Assembly: GCA_001662655.1 (NCBI GenBank)
Contig: KV460216.1
Length of the DNA stretch: 64,000 bases
Strand: one strand, 5' to 3'
Source: Pseudogymnoascus verrucosus
Lineage: Eukaryota
Part shown: positions 10,814-23,054 of the stretch, one piece after another
Layout: each line of letters starts with the position of its first letter
How positions within the stretch are numbered: the first letter of the stretch is position 1
The notes under the pieces: model-generated
Seen by the model: only the letters and a program-made list of their open reading frames with translations
Databases searched by the model: none
What the model was told of the DNA's origin: nothing
Made by a program: the position numbers and the translations under genes

Positions 10814-13490
10814 ATGGCTGGGGAGCCGAGATCCAGTGATGGAGGGCCGCGACGGCGCACCAAAAAGGCCTGTGTAACGTGCCAGGAGAAGAAGCTCAAG
10901 GTATGTATGTACGCGCGGATAGATGGTTGGAGTCCCCGAGACTGCGCTTCTGACGATTCGTATTTCTCGTGGTAGAAATACATACATACATGACACTAAG
11001 ACGGTTATATGATATAGTGTAGTGGCCTCCAACCTTGTACCGCGTGCTCCTCACGCTCAACCCAGTGCACGTACGCAGACATTCCTCGAGACCGCGCCCG
11101 GATCCACACAAGGCAGCAACGTTATGGGCGCAATCTTCAATCCACCCAGGCCCACGGGCACCTCTATCCTCGCGCCTCCCCAAAACTGCCGTTGCCGCAA
11201 AACCAAGGCTCAAACATACCCCCAAGGACGCCTCAATTTCAAAATGAGCGCTACATACGTACAGAGAGCCAGGTTACGTCCTCGAAGATGTTGCGCCCCA
11301 TGAACGAAGCACCCGCGGCAACGGGGGACGTCATGGAGAGTACGTCGGTGGCAAACTCTGAAGGACAGAGACTCGGAGAGCAGCTGCGGATGTTGCAGGA
11401 TGGGAAAGGCAGATTACGTGAGTAGCGAAGTTTCGTTCAGTGAGAAATAAGGAATATTTCTAATGATTGTGTAGTATATTTGGGTGATTCAGCAAGTCTA
11501 TCGTATCTCGATACAATACGAAAACTCGTTGAGAGTACGATTGGGCCGTGCAACTTCACAAACGATGTGCATAAAGGCAAACTTGTTGAGGGGTCGATTT
11601 CGACAGGGTTGACGCCAACCTATGTCCTACCTGATAAGGAGGCGGCCGATTTTCTACTTGAATCTTTTTTCTCTAATGTGAGCTTCAATTTCCCTCCTGA
11701 AACGTGTACAGACACGCCACTGATGCCCCCTACAGACTGTGGGAACAATTTTAATATTCGATCGAGAGGCATTTACTCAAGAGGTTCAATCGATATACGA
11801 CAATCCGCTGCAAACGAAGCAATCACGTTTATCGATTCTAAACCTCGTTTTCGCAGTAGGCCTGCAACTGATGACGAGTTCTGATGTATCTAGTCCTCAT
11901 GGGCGCCAAATACTTGAGCGGCTCGATGGCGGTAGTGTTAGTAGAGCTGAGATGTTTTACGTAAATGCAACGCATCTGAACGATCCAGTATCCGGGTTTG
12001 AAGACGGAGACATCACGTCTATTCAAGCACTACTATTAGTCACGGTGTTCATGTTGACTGTAGCTAAACGTAACGCTGCATGGGCTTACTTGGGTTCGTT
12101 CCCCTTGGTCTGCATTTTTACTGGGTCTAACTAGTCATAGGTATGGCGATAAGATCAGCATATGCGCTTGGTTTGCATAGGAAACGGTCTGATTTCTCTT
12201 TCACTGCACCTGAGCAGCGTGTTAGGTTCGTACCTTCCCAGCCTCATTAGTAGACCTCGGCTTATTTTTTCCAAAGACGGAATGTCTGGCGAAGTTTGTA
12301 CGTGATGGATTGTTTCCTGTCAGCAATGCTTGGCCGCCCAAACGGCATCCATTGCCGTGATGCAACGGACTCTTTGGCTGCTGGCAGTGATTTCGGCGAT
12401 CTCTGGACCTCCTCTGACGACACCCTTGAATTGGCCTCTATCAGCGCCTCTGTGCGCGCTTCCTGCCTTGTCGGCGACATTCTCTCGAATATCTACGCAG
12501 ATCGCAAGATCTCCACAGAGCTTGCACACGCGATCTCAAATAAATTCCAAGCCTGCAAGGACTCCCTACCTACGTTCCTGCACTGGCAGAATATCGACCT
12601 TCCAGATGAGGACCCCAAAGCGACCCTGGCGCAGTTGCATGTAAATTTGAATTATTTCCACGGCATTATACTGTTGACAAGGCCCTTCTTGCTACAGAGA
12701 GTTTCAGATGAGATTCGAGCCCTGAGGGAAACGGATGGGGGCCTCCTGTCACGGCAGACACATGAATTGCCTGAGACCGATTCCGCAAAGTCCGCGCCAT
12801 TTCAAGCAGCGTGTGTCAGGTCAGCATTGTATACCATTAACGCCGTGCAAGCGGCCCTTCTCAAGCGTGCACTCCCTCGCCGGGATCCGTTTGTAATGTA
12901 GGTGTCCCCAGCATAGCGTCTCCAAATTAACTAACCAAAAACGCAGCTATTGGCTTTTCACCGCAGCACTCATAATTTGTACCAACGGCTTCTGTGCCGT
13001 TTATCACGACATCGACAACAAACATGCCATGTACACGGCGCTCAATCTACACCGTCATTTCGGTGCGGTCGATCCACTTGCGCGCCGGTTTCTGGACATT
13101 CTCATCGCATTTAGTGAGGCTATCGAGCAAGATACTATTCCTTGTGCGGTGCCAACGGGTAGTAAATCAAAGCAGGAAGCCATCTTTTCTGCCTTGTTCG
13201 GTGCCATGCACTATGGTGCTAAGCCTGGTTACGTCGACGACAGTGCCCAGCCGCAGACTGGAGGTAGTAGAGGGGCGAATGATCTCAGCCGTAACCAACC
13301 AGGAGGAATTGGTTTTCACTCAGAAATGGGACAAGGAAACGGGCAGCAGATACCGCTGGAACCGGACTCGCCGCACGTTAGCCCACCAGATTACTCGCTC
13401 GACTTTGATGCATTTCTTATGAATGTTACCCAAGATCCATATCAACAGGACCTATGGACGCCACTGTATGGGATCACAGATACGAGCTAG
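10814..13490 (+). CDS. Zn(II)2Cys6 transcription factor with fungal-specific TF (middle homology) domain; multi-exon
   Basis: ACVTCQEKKLK|CSGLQPCTACSSRSTQC binuclear cluster split by an intron, plus AWAYLG/AYALGLH and RNVWRSLYVMDCFLSAMLGRP motifs. Confidence 0.9.
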
Positions 13491-14106
13491 CCGATGCGAG
13501 CTAGCCCTCCTTCGCCTCTTGAGGGGGCTACATGGGGCGGATGCGTAGTATGAATAGTTCGTGAACAGAATGTATTTATACTGTAATATCAATAATGATT
13601 AAAACGAAGGAATAATGTGCTGTACTTTGCAAGGGGTGGGCGGTCGGTTCTTACTTATTATCAACAGGCGACACCGACCCCCAAGGACTAGATTACCGGC
13701 GTTTCAGTATGTGTTTGCTGTGATAAATTAATGTATTAACATTCTCCTAATGTTACTTGATCCTTGCAACCATATGGCAACATCCAGTCATCCAGTCAAC
13801 GGGTAGATTTTGGCGACTAGTGGAGCGCATCCGAGATCCGCGGAACCACCGCGGCACATCGAGCTATCCGGTCAACGAGTAGACATTGGCAGAGCGCCAT
13901 CCGAGATCGCGCCGTTCGTGGGGAAGCTCCCCCCGCAATTTGTGGAAATTAGAATCCATGTTTATTCCTCTTGTGTATATCTGACCTGTGGGTATACACT
14001 GTTCCCCCTCGCACCTCAACATTAAGGATCATCCCACTACCACTCAACTCCCATCACCCAGACGCCGGAGATTACGTGTGTTCGCCTTCATAAGACCACC
14101 GCCAAA

Positions 14107-14598
14107 ATGGGAGCCAATATTCAGGAGTGGTTCAAAGCCTTCTATGCCACATCTGATGATGGTACTGCACATGAGAAGTACACGACTTTTTTTGCTGAGG
14201 ATGCAACATTGATTATGGGCGACAATCGGGTTGTTGGACAGGCGGGTATGTGCTTATCAATTCCCCTAAGAATGATATACCAATGATGTCTGCCCTTCAA
14301 CTTGAGAAATGCAACGCAGGGACACTTGGTTATGGGGAACTCGGCTGATTGCGACACAGATATTTTGCAGCTTCGAACAGGCATGTGGTCGAAGATCTCT
14401 AGCAGGAAACATACCTATACCTACTATAGTTCCACGGAACGCCCAGATACGTACATGCTGGAGGGTGACGTTGTATATGGACTCAAAGCAGGGGGCGAGG
14501 CCACAATGAAATGGGTCGCAAAGGCAGAATTTGAGGGGCAAGGGTCGGACAGACGTCTTGCATTCTATCAGGTCTTCTTAAATGCAGGCAGTAAATAA
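14107..14598 (+). CDS. Small SnoaL/NTF2-like fold protein; intron 14246-14359
   Basis: FKAFYATSD...YTTFFAEDATLIMG...G|DILQLR...YQVFL pattern typical of SnoaL-like domains; ~125 aa after splicing. Confidence 0.7.
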
Positions 14599-14638
14599 AC
14601 GGACAACGTAATCGTGAGCGTGTCTATCTTAGCTTTAT

Positions 14639-15522
14639 TTATTTTAAACTCTGCAACTCCTTCAAAAAGCCTCCGATAATCTCTTGCACCTCTGAAAATG
14701 CCTCCAAAACGTGCCAGTGCCCTACCCCCTCAAGAGTTCGGAGTTCCTTCTTAGTGCTAGCATAATTCTCCATTATGTGAATAATTCCGTCCATGGGCGC
14801 ACTCTTATCCTCTGCCCCTGCAATAACCAGCAGAGGCACTTTGATGCTCTCGTATGCTGGGACGGCGCTTTCTGCAATTGCTTGGCAGAGTGATATGTAA
14901 CCTGCTGGCGAAATCCCGAGAAGTAGAGAGCGAATAAAAGCGTGTACGAGAGGCGTAGATTTGCTGCCCGTGGCTGTGGTTGGGATACTGGCGGCAAGGG
15001 GCTCCATACCATCTGTAGCAAGAAATTCCTGTCAACACCTCATGCAGAATCGGTTGGTGTATTCATTTTACCTTTCTCAACGATGCTAATGCGTTTCCCA
15101 AATACCTCTGCAGCGCCAGGATTCGGGTTCACAGGCCCTATCAAGACGATAGCTTTGAATCGCTGCTGCTTGCTCGCGGAGTCTTCCGCAGCGAGAAGAG
15201 ACGCAACAATACCGCCCATGCTGTGACCTACCACGACGACATTTTCTGTGATTCCTTGGGAATCGAGAAGGGCGATAGCGTCAGCGGCGATGGAAGCGGT
15301 GGTGTTTCCATGGCCAGTATAGGGTGATAATCCGGAGCCATGTGTGTCGACTGTTAGGCACTGGTAGCCCTGGCTGGTTAGGGACGGCACGAGGGGTTGG
15401 AAGAAGGATGAAGAGGAGCCTAGTCCGTGGACGAAGAGGACCGTCAGTGGGGAAGCCGTGGATGATTGGGAAGGGCTGAGCGTGAAGAACAGCGTCTTGG
15501 AGTTGACGTTTGCGTAAGGCAT
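14639..15522 (-). CDS. Alpha/beta hydrolase, lactonase-like (3-oxoadipate enol-lactonase / carboxymuconolactone hydrolase family candidate); intron 15071-15013
   Basis: HGLG oxyanion motif, GHSMGG nucleophile elbow, GAED acid, GHW catalytic His. Confidence 0.85.
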
Positions 15523-16236
15523 GGTTCGTATTGCGATTATTGCACTGTTTTTAGGTTTGATTGAGTTTTAGATCGGGGTTTATTACGGAGCCAAAAAATG
15601 AGAGATTTTGGGAATATTCGAGTTTTAGTTTCTTGATACCGGCTCAGGTCGGTAGCTACATACGCATACCTTCTACGCCATATTGCGATTGTGGCACCTT
15701 CCGCGGCAATGCCTCTACTGGTAGAGGCATTGGCTCCTCTCTTGTACATTGGAAGATGTAATGGCGGCGGTCCCTGGGGTAGAATTGCTGTGCCTGGCAG
15801 TGGGGTCGGGAGTGGGGTCCGGTCCACACCCCACTCCCGGATCGGCGCCTCCTAATTGATGGACACTATCCCATCCGATTTCTCTCACATCCGGTTCCTT
15901 CCCATCCGGTCTCCTCGGATTATGTGTGTCGGCGCTTCAAGCGCGAGTTAACGCCCCGCTTCGATTCTATTACAAACGTGCCGCTCTCGTGAAATACCTT
16001 GAATACCGAGATGGGATGTGGATACTGTTCCATCCTTTGGTACAGGGGCAAGATCGAACATGTTGTATATCGCACAACGTTTGTCTCTTTCTTATCGACT
16101 TTTACTCTACTTTCGTTATAGGCACCATAATTCCCTTCCATTGTCAATTATCAAGTTTAGAGTACCATTTATCAGAAGTGTTACAGAGTCTCCTCCTTCG
16201 CTGTGTCGATACAGTCCATCCATCTATGAAAGCAGT

Positions 16237-18075
16237 ATGACATCGTTAAATTTCGAGGGTTATTCTCCTCGCGTCGAGGCAGGGTCTATATTTGACCGTC
16301 TGTGCGACCTTGGGGAAGAGTTGAATTTACCAAAACGTTACAAGGCACTGGCAAAGAACGTCAAGTTTACTTCTGAGAAGGATACGATTTACTTCCCGAT
16401 ACCTTTCAAGGAGACCGAGACAACATCTGCGTTAAAAGCTGTCGAGGCCCTTGTGGCAACATCCCTGGCAAATTTGAAGTATGGTGAAAGCTCACGCAAG
16501 ATTGAGATCAATCTAGAGCAGACAACATGTTTCCTCTTTCAGACATATCTCTCTACAATCGACGGATTAGGAAAATACGATGTAGGCATCAAGGCAAAGC
16601 TGAAAGGTAATCCTCAATAGTCGCGTGATCTACGCTTAGTGGACGTTAACGGAGATCATCTAGATACCGACCTTTTCCAGGCACAATCAGATCCATACCG
16701 CCGTATGTCGGCAAATCTCTATGCTACCAAGACACCTGAGACTTACTTCCACATTCATGGTTCGCTCGAGGCAAATACAACCCTCCAGATGATCGGTCTC
16801 CCTCCCTTCCGCCCAGACCTCAAGACCATTGAAGACATCTCTGAATGCATTGAGTCCCACGTTCAGCAATTTACTATTGAGGAGCTCGAGACCAAAAACA
16901 AAGAACTCCGTCAGGCTGGTGTTACAGCGCACAAGCACGAGGATTTCATTGCCACACCGCATGGAAAGCTGAACAATGATCTTCCTCCATGGTCTGTGGT
17001 ACCGCTCGAGACCACTACACCGCCGATACCCCTCTTCCAAGATGCACCTGGGGCGAAGCCCAGAGTTCTCTCCGGTATCAAAGTTCTCGAACTTTGCCGC
17101 ATTATCGCCGGACCCGTCATCACCCGTATTCTCGCTGAATACGGCGCTGACGTGCTGAAGGTCACTTCACCGAACCTCCCCGACGTGCCTTTCTTCCAAG
17201 TGGACGTCAATTTTGGGAAGCAATGTGCAAATATCGATCTTAAGTCAGTCGAAGGTCGCAAAATTTTCGACAAACTACTGCTAGAAGCCGATGTTGTCGT
17301 GGACGGGTACCGACCAGGGGCTTTAGAGAAACTGGGGTATGGCGCGAAGGCACTCACAGACTTGGCTTTGAAGAGGGGGAAGGGATTTGTGTACGTGAAT
17401 GAGAATTGCTTCGGGTATGAGGGAGAATGGGCCTATCGCCCAGGATGGCAGCAAATTGCTGATTGCGTAAGTTTCCCTCTCCTATTTCTTTCCGCTGGTC
17501 TATATGAAACTCTTGTATTTCTCCACCTAGACCGCCCGCTGACGACGTCAAAACAGGCTACCGGAATTGCGTGGGCGCAAGGAAAGTTTATGGGCCTTCA
17601 GGAACCTGTTATTCCTCCTTTCCCTATCTCTGATTACGGTACGGGCGTCATGGGCGCCATCGCCGCGCTGACCGGCCTTTACCACCGTGCAGTTTCTGGA
17701 GGATCATGGCACGGTAGAGTCTCCCTGATGCATTACGATTTACTCTTATTCCGAGTGGGACAGTACAGCGAGGAAATTCAAGCGCAGCTGCGAGCCCGGC
17801 AGACGGAGGACTTCTTCGAGCTAAGGCACAATCACTCTGTGGACCAGATTAGTGGAACGGTGGTCAAACAAATGAGGAAACAGTACCCGTGGCTGTTTGA
17901 TCAAGAGAGGTATCGGGAGAGGTGGGTTAGTAAGGGGTGGGATGCAGAAGTGAGCGCGATCAAACCAGTGGCGTCGATTGAGGGACTGGAGTTGAGTTTC
18001 AAGAGAGCAAGTAGGCCCAATGGTAGTGATGAACCGGGATGGGAGTTCTTGGAAGAAGATACGCGGTTGCTGTGA
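16237..18075 (+). CDS. CoA-transferase family III (CaiB/BaiF), long fungal type; introns ~16607-16663 and 17467-17556
   Basis: LSGIKVLELCRIIAGP, NFGK...DLK, ADVVVDGYRPGALEKLG and PISDYGTG (catalytic Asp position). Confidence 0.9.
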
Positions 18076-18260
18076 AGCTGTTGAGGGGGAAATACGTTTT
18101 AGAATTTGGAGGACATACATACACCGAGGGATGACATTACGACACAAACAGTGATCACTTTGAACGTCTCATGATCATTTACTCTACCATCCATATACAT
18201 ACAGTGATAATTTCGTAACATATATTAAGAGTCTGTTATCATCATTTTCTTCGCATTCTA

Positions 18261-18340
18261 TTCTCTTCATAGTCTGTTCTCTTCATAGTCTGTTCTCTTC
18301 ATAGTCTGTTCTCTTCATAGTCTGTTCTCTTCATAGTCTG
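18261..18340. repeat. Perfect 16-bp minisatellite (TTCTCTTCATAGTCTG)x5
   Basis: Read directly. Confidence 0.97.
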
Positions 18341-18880
18341 CTGCCGTCCAGCCTTGCAGGCAAGGTTCACGTATTTTTCTCCATTTTTCCATCCAGAGCC
18401 ACAGTTCCGGATGGAGAAACTAGCCCATGAGGGGGCGGATAGTGTCCGGCATGCGTAGTTGGTGGTTATACTCAAGCCCGTCATACCCCGCACCCCCGAT
18501 GATCTGTAGCTTTTTGAAATGTCGGATATAAGGACCAATAATACGAGAAGCCGGACTCGGCTTCTCATGTTATTGGTGGGTGTTCGACGCTTTAGTTTTA
18601 GTCTATCCGAACACCCAACCTCATGTGGGGTACAGTAACCGGCTGCTGCACCACCCCACCACTACCTGCTATGGTGAAGGTCAGCAACATCAGCAACGAC
18701 AAGAACAACAAGAAAACCCAATATCCCTACGTCGCTTTGAACTTGTAAACTCCTGATATAGAAACTTTCGCGGGCAACTTTAAACAACTCACTTTTCGCT
18801 CCAGGAGCTACTCTCCGCGTTCATACACAGGCAATATCTAGGAAACATTATAAGGAGTTCTTCGACAGTTTTCGGCCATC

Positions 18881-19882
18881 ATGAGTACTAAACCGGCATC
18901 TGATACCCCGCGCTTCGATCCCAATTTCACCCAACATGTCATCGACTCCATGGGCCCTAACACCTCACCGCGCATGCGGCAGGTTATGGCAAGCCTGACG
19001 AAACATATACATGATTTTGCCCGCGAAGTCGAGCTGACGACGGACGAGTGGATGGAAGGTGTTCAGTTACTCAATTGGGCCGGTCAGATGAGTGACGATA
19101 AGCGAAATGAAGGACAACTTCTGTGCGACGTTATCGGGCTGGAATCGTAGGTTTATTTCTCCAAGACCGAACATATTCCATAGTTGCGTAGAGGCTGACC
19201 AGGCAATCATAGGCTTGTGGACGAAATTACTTTCAAGAAAGCCTCAGAAGCTACTACTTTGGCGACCCGGACTGCTATTCTAGGCCCATTCTTCCGCACT
19301 GATCATCCCATTCGTGAAAAGGGTGCCACCATCTCCTTTAACACGCCCGATGATGCCGAGATTGTGTACATGCATGGACGTGTGCTTGACGCAGTAACAA
19401 AAACGCCTTTACCCAATGCCAGCATCGATGTGTGGGAGGCTTCGACAAACGGTTAGTCTAGGTCCCTGGTCTAATAAAGCATGCGGAATTAACGCGGCCA
19501 TCAAGGTTTATACGAGCAGCAAGATGATAATCAGGTCGACAGTAACTTGCGTGGAAAGTTCATAGCAGACGCGAACGGCGAGTACGCCTTTTACTGCATA
19601 AAACCCACTCCATATCCGGTCCCAGATGATGGACCAGCAGGAAAGTTGCTGAAATTACTCGACCGCCACCCATATAGGCCGGCACATATCCATTTGAATG
19701 TTATACTTGCTGGGTTCAATCCTATGGTAACACAAATATTTGATAAGGATAGCAAATATCTCGACAATGACTCGGTTTTTGCGGTGCAGGACTCACTCCT
19801 TGTTGAGTTCGTGCCTCGCAGCGGCGACGAGAAGGCAAAATTGGAGCTGAAATATGACGTCTACCTGGCACCTTCGGAGTAG
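18881..19882 (+). CDS. Intradiol ring-cleavage dioxygenase (protocatechuate/catechol/hydroxyquinol family); introns 19147-19212 and ~19452-19506
   Basis: RFDPNFT...HIHDFARE N-terminal domain, AILGPF, and Fe ligands in GLYEQQ, PTPYP and RPAHIH. Confidence 0.93.
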
Positions 19883-20332
19883 ATGGTTATTTAGGACTGC
19901 AAGTGTTAGTTAGCCGCAACGATTTATATGTACTATTTTCTTTAACAACTAAGCAAAATTCAACAATAACCTATGTGTTCACTGAGTAAATACAACGACC
20001 GTTACAATCGCCAACTTCAGGGAAAGTAGGGGAAATCAGCACGGCCCGCCTCGTTATTATTGTTAGAGGCAAACATATGAGAATGTTAGCCTGTGGTTTG
20101 CATGTGATGGAATGGTGCCAACTTAACGCTCAAAGATGTAGATATTAATAATATTTATAAGACTCTAGACGGATGGAGGTAGGATGTTTCATTTACACGA
20201 CTGTTTACTCGACAAGGTAACCTGGGAAAGCGGCACTGGCGCAATCTAAGTCTATACAGCAGTCGTGGGTGGTTGATTGATAAGTTATGGAAGCTATTCT
20301 CAGGCTCTCAACAACAGTTTGTCATGCATGGT

Positions 20333-20521
20333 CTCACTCGCGCTTATCCTCAGTCGCAGTTGCCCTCGTTCGCAGTTGCTCTCGTTCGCACTTGCCTTCA
20401 TGGTCACTTATGCCCAGTCGCACCTGCCCTCACTTGCACCTGCCCTCAGTGGCACCTGCCCTCACTCGCACCTGCCCTCACTCGCAGCTTCACACCTGTC
20501 CTCACTCGCACTTTCTTTCAC
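20333..20521. repeat. Degenerate 16-bp minisatellite, consensus ~CACCTGCCCTCACTCG, ~11-12 copies
   Basis: Units such as cagttgccctcgttcg, cacctgccctcacttg, cacctgccctcactcg read in register. Confidence 0.85.
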
Positions 20522-21204
20522 TAAACCCCACACAAACTACAAAGTCACAGGCAATAAATATTTTGGTTTTCTACGTATCACCAAGCTTTCCATTAAGATT
20601 AGGACTAACTTATTCCGATCAATAGGGTTCCAACCGAGAAATCGCCGCCGCCATCCCCAATGCATGGATGGTACAGAGAGTAATGTGCCGTCTTATTTCA
20701 TTTGCATATGAGCGGAATTATTTAGTCAACCAGACCACTGTGGGTTGGATCAGAAACTAATGATCACGGCCAGTTGCGGCTGATTCCTCAGATGAGAGAG
20801 TGCCGGATGGCGGAATTGGCGGGTGCCGGGTCGGATTAGAGGGCGAATCGGATGTTAACAGGTAAGTGGGCCGGCCCGAGAACTACTACCATACAGTATC
20901 TCGTGCAGTAAAAACCCATCTGGGGTAGTGCTAGTTGATGCTACAACCCCGCTCAAACGTTTCCATGTCAAGAGCTGTATATTTTGTGGGGTGTGGAGTG
21001 CTTTCGCATCGGCAAATAGATGTGCGTAAGTGATGGGGGTAAGTATCCCCGCAAAGCTTCTGCCGCTCTGCCGCTCTGATAAATATATAATATTGTCAGT
21101 CTCGTTGTCTCGAGAACTCTTCATTGTATCTACGTTTGTGGCACTCTTCACCCTCCATTTGTGAGAATCATCATCTCGAGACTTTGTTTACACACAAAGA
21201 CACC

Positions 21205-22560
21205 ATGGCCCAACGAAAGGACTTCCACGTTGCTGTTTGCGGCGGGGGTATCGGAGGCCTTTGCTTGACTATTGGCCTTCTTCGCCAGAACGTCTCTGTC
21301 AAATTATACGAAGCGGCTTCAGCATTCGCAGAAGTCGGTGCCGGCGTCTCTTTCGGGCCAAACACCATTCGAGCAATGGAGCTCATTGACCCGCTAATCG
21401 CCAAAGGGTTTGAAAATTGTGCAACCACCAATGGCTGGCCAGAGAAGAAGGATACGTGGTTTGATTTCAGGACTGGACAGGAGAAGGGCACACGAGGAGG
21501 TGTGGTGGCAGCTGTTAATACGCATGTTGCCGATGTAAAGACGAGGGGGAAAGGAGAGATAGGGCAGAACAGTACTCACAGAGCGCATTTTCTGCACGAG
21601 CTCGTGAAGCTTATCCCGGATGAAGTGCCCGAGTTTGGGAAGAGGCTCAAAAACATCGAGGAGAAGGGAGACAAGATGGTATTGACTTTTGAGGATGGGA
21701 CAACTGCAGAAGCAGATGCTGTTATTGGATGTGATGGTATCAAATCACGGACGCGGGAGATATTACTGGGCATAGATCACGAGGCTGCACATGCAGTTTT
21801 CTCTGGAAAATACGCATACAGAGGTCTAATACCGATGGATATCGCAGTGGATGCCTTAGGAGATGAACTGGCAAAGAACTCGCAGATGTATATGGGCGAA
21901 CATGGACATGTATTGACCTTCCCTATCGAGAAGGGAAAGACTATGAATGTGGTTGCTTTCAGAACTAAGCCCGACGGGAAGTGGGATGACGAAAAATGGG
22001 TTCTAGCATCCAAGAAGGAAGACATGGTAACTGATTTCGCGGGCTGGGGAGACAAAGTTACAAGCATTATATCTGTAAGTTGAAGCCCAATTCTCACCAA
22101 AAATATGATACTTTTAGCTAATAGATATGTACAGCTTATGGAGAAGTTCGACGTTTGGGCCTTGTTTGAACACCCACCGGCACCAACATACTACAAAGAC
22201 AGGCTATGTCTTCTTGGAGATGCAGCCCATGCTTCGACGCCTCATCAAGGAGCTGGCGCAGGTCAGGCTATTGAAGATGCCTTTATTTTATCACACTTAT
22301 TTGGTCAAGTCCGCTCTGCGGCTGATATTACCCAAGCTTTCAAGGCCTACGATGCTGTACGAAGGCCGCGAAGCCAACGTGTAGTAACGACAAGTAAAGA
22401 GGCCGGTTGTTTATACGAGATGGAGGATGGAGAGGTTGGAAGTGATCTGGATAAGGCAAGGGAAAATTTGCTGGCCCGATGCAAGTGGATATGGGAAAAC
22501 GATTTGAACTCACAGTTTAGAGAAGCTCAAGATGCTATGATGAACGGAAGCAAGATTTAG
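21205..22560 (+). CDS. FAD-dependent monooxygenase, salicylate 1-hydroxylase (NahG)-like; intron 22075-22134
   Basis: GGGIGG, IGCDGIKS and LLGDAAHASTPHQGAGAGQAIED group A flavoprotein motifs. Confidence 0.9.
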
Positions 22561-22677
22561 ATCAATAATGAGAACAGGGGAATCATTTATAAGCAAAATT
22601 TATTGTAATTCCATAGCTATTGTAGATGTTCTGGCTGGAGATAAAACAGAAAGAAATGAGAAGTGGAATGAAGTGTA

Positions 22678-22762
22678 GATCAGAATGTTGATACGTTTTC
22701 TCAGCAATTGCAACTTGTGCATCTGAGTGAGCTGGGTTAACGTAATGGTGGTTCATCATCTC
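22678..22762 (-). ncRNA. snR71: Box C/D snoRNA, snR71/SNORD29-like (guides LSU rRNA Am in GUGAGCUGGG), copy 1
   Basis: Minus strand: box C ATGATGA, guide AACCCAGCTCAC followed by T and D' CAGA, C'-like TTGCTGA, terminal box D CTGA. The guide complements conserved LSU domain V sequence GUGAGCUGGGUU, and the D'+5 rule points to the A. Confidence 0.85.
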
Positions 22763-22969
22763 AAACAGGAAAATGACGGAATGAAAAAGAAGGATGGGAA
22801 GCTGGGTTGGGCTTTTCGGAGGCGGGATGCATGCCGGGTTTCACTCTCACGAGGAATAAAACAGGCAAGTCAGTAAGTTGTAGTCGATAATTGGTTGTAA
22901 TTTCGTAGCTATAGTAAAGGTTCTGGCTGGAGATAAAACTAAAAGAAATGAGGAGTAGGAGTGAATGAA

Positions 22970-23054
22970 GATCAGAATGTTGATACGTTTTCTCAGCAAT
23001 TGCAACTTGTGCATCTGAGTGAGCTGGGTTAACGTAATGGTGGTTCATCATCTC
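22970..23054 (-). ncRNA. snR71: Box C/D snoRNA, snR71-like, copy 2
   Basis: Core identical to copy 1. Confidence 0.85.

Noticed and set aside
20273..20711. Three overlapping ORFs upstream of the monooxygenase
   Set aside because: Open only because the 16-bp minisatellite lacks stop codons
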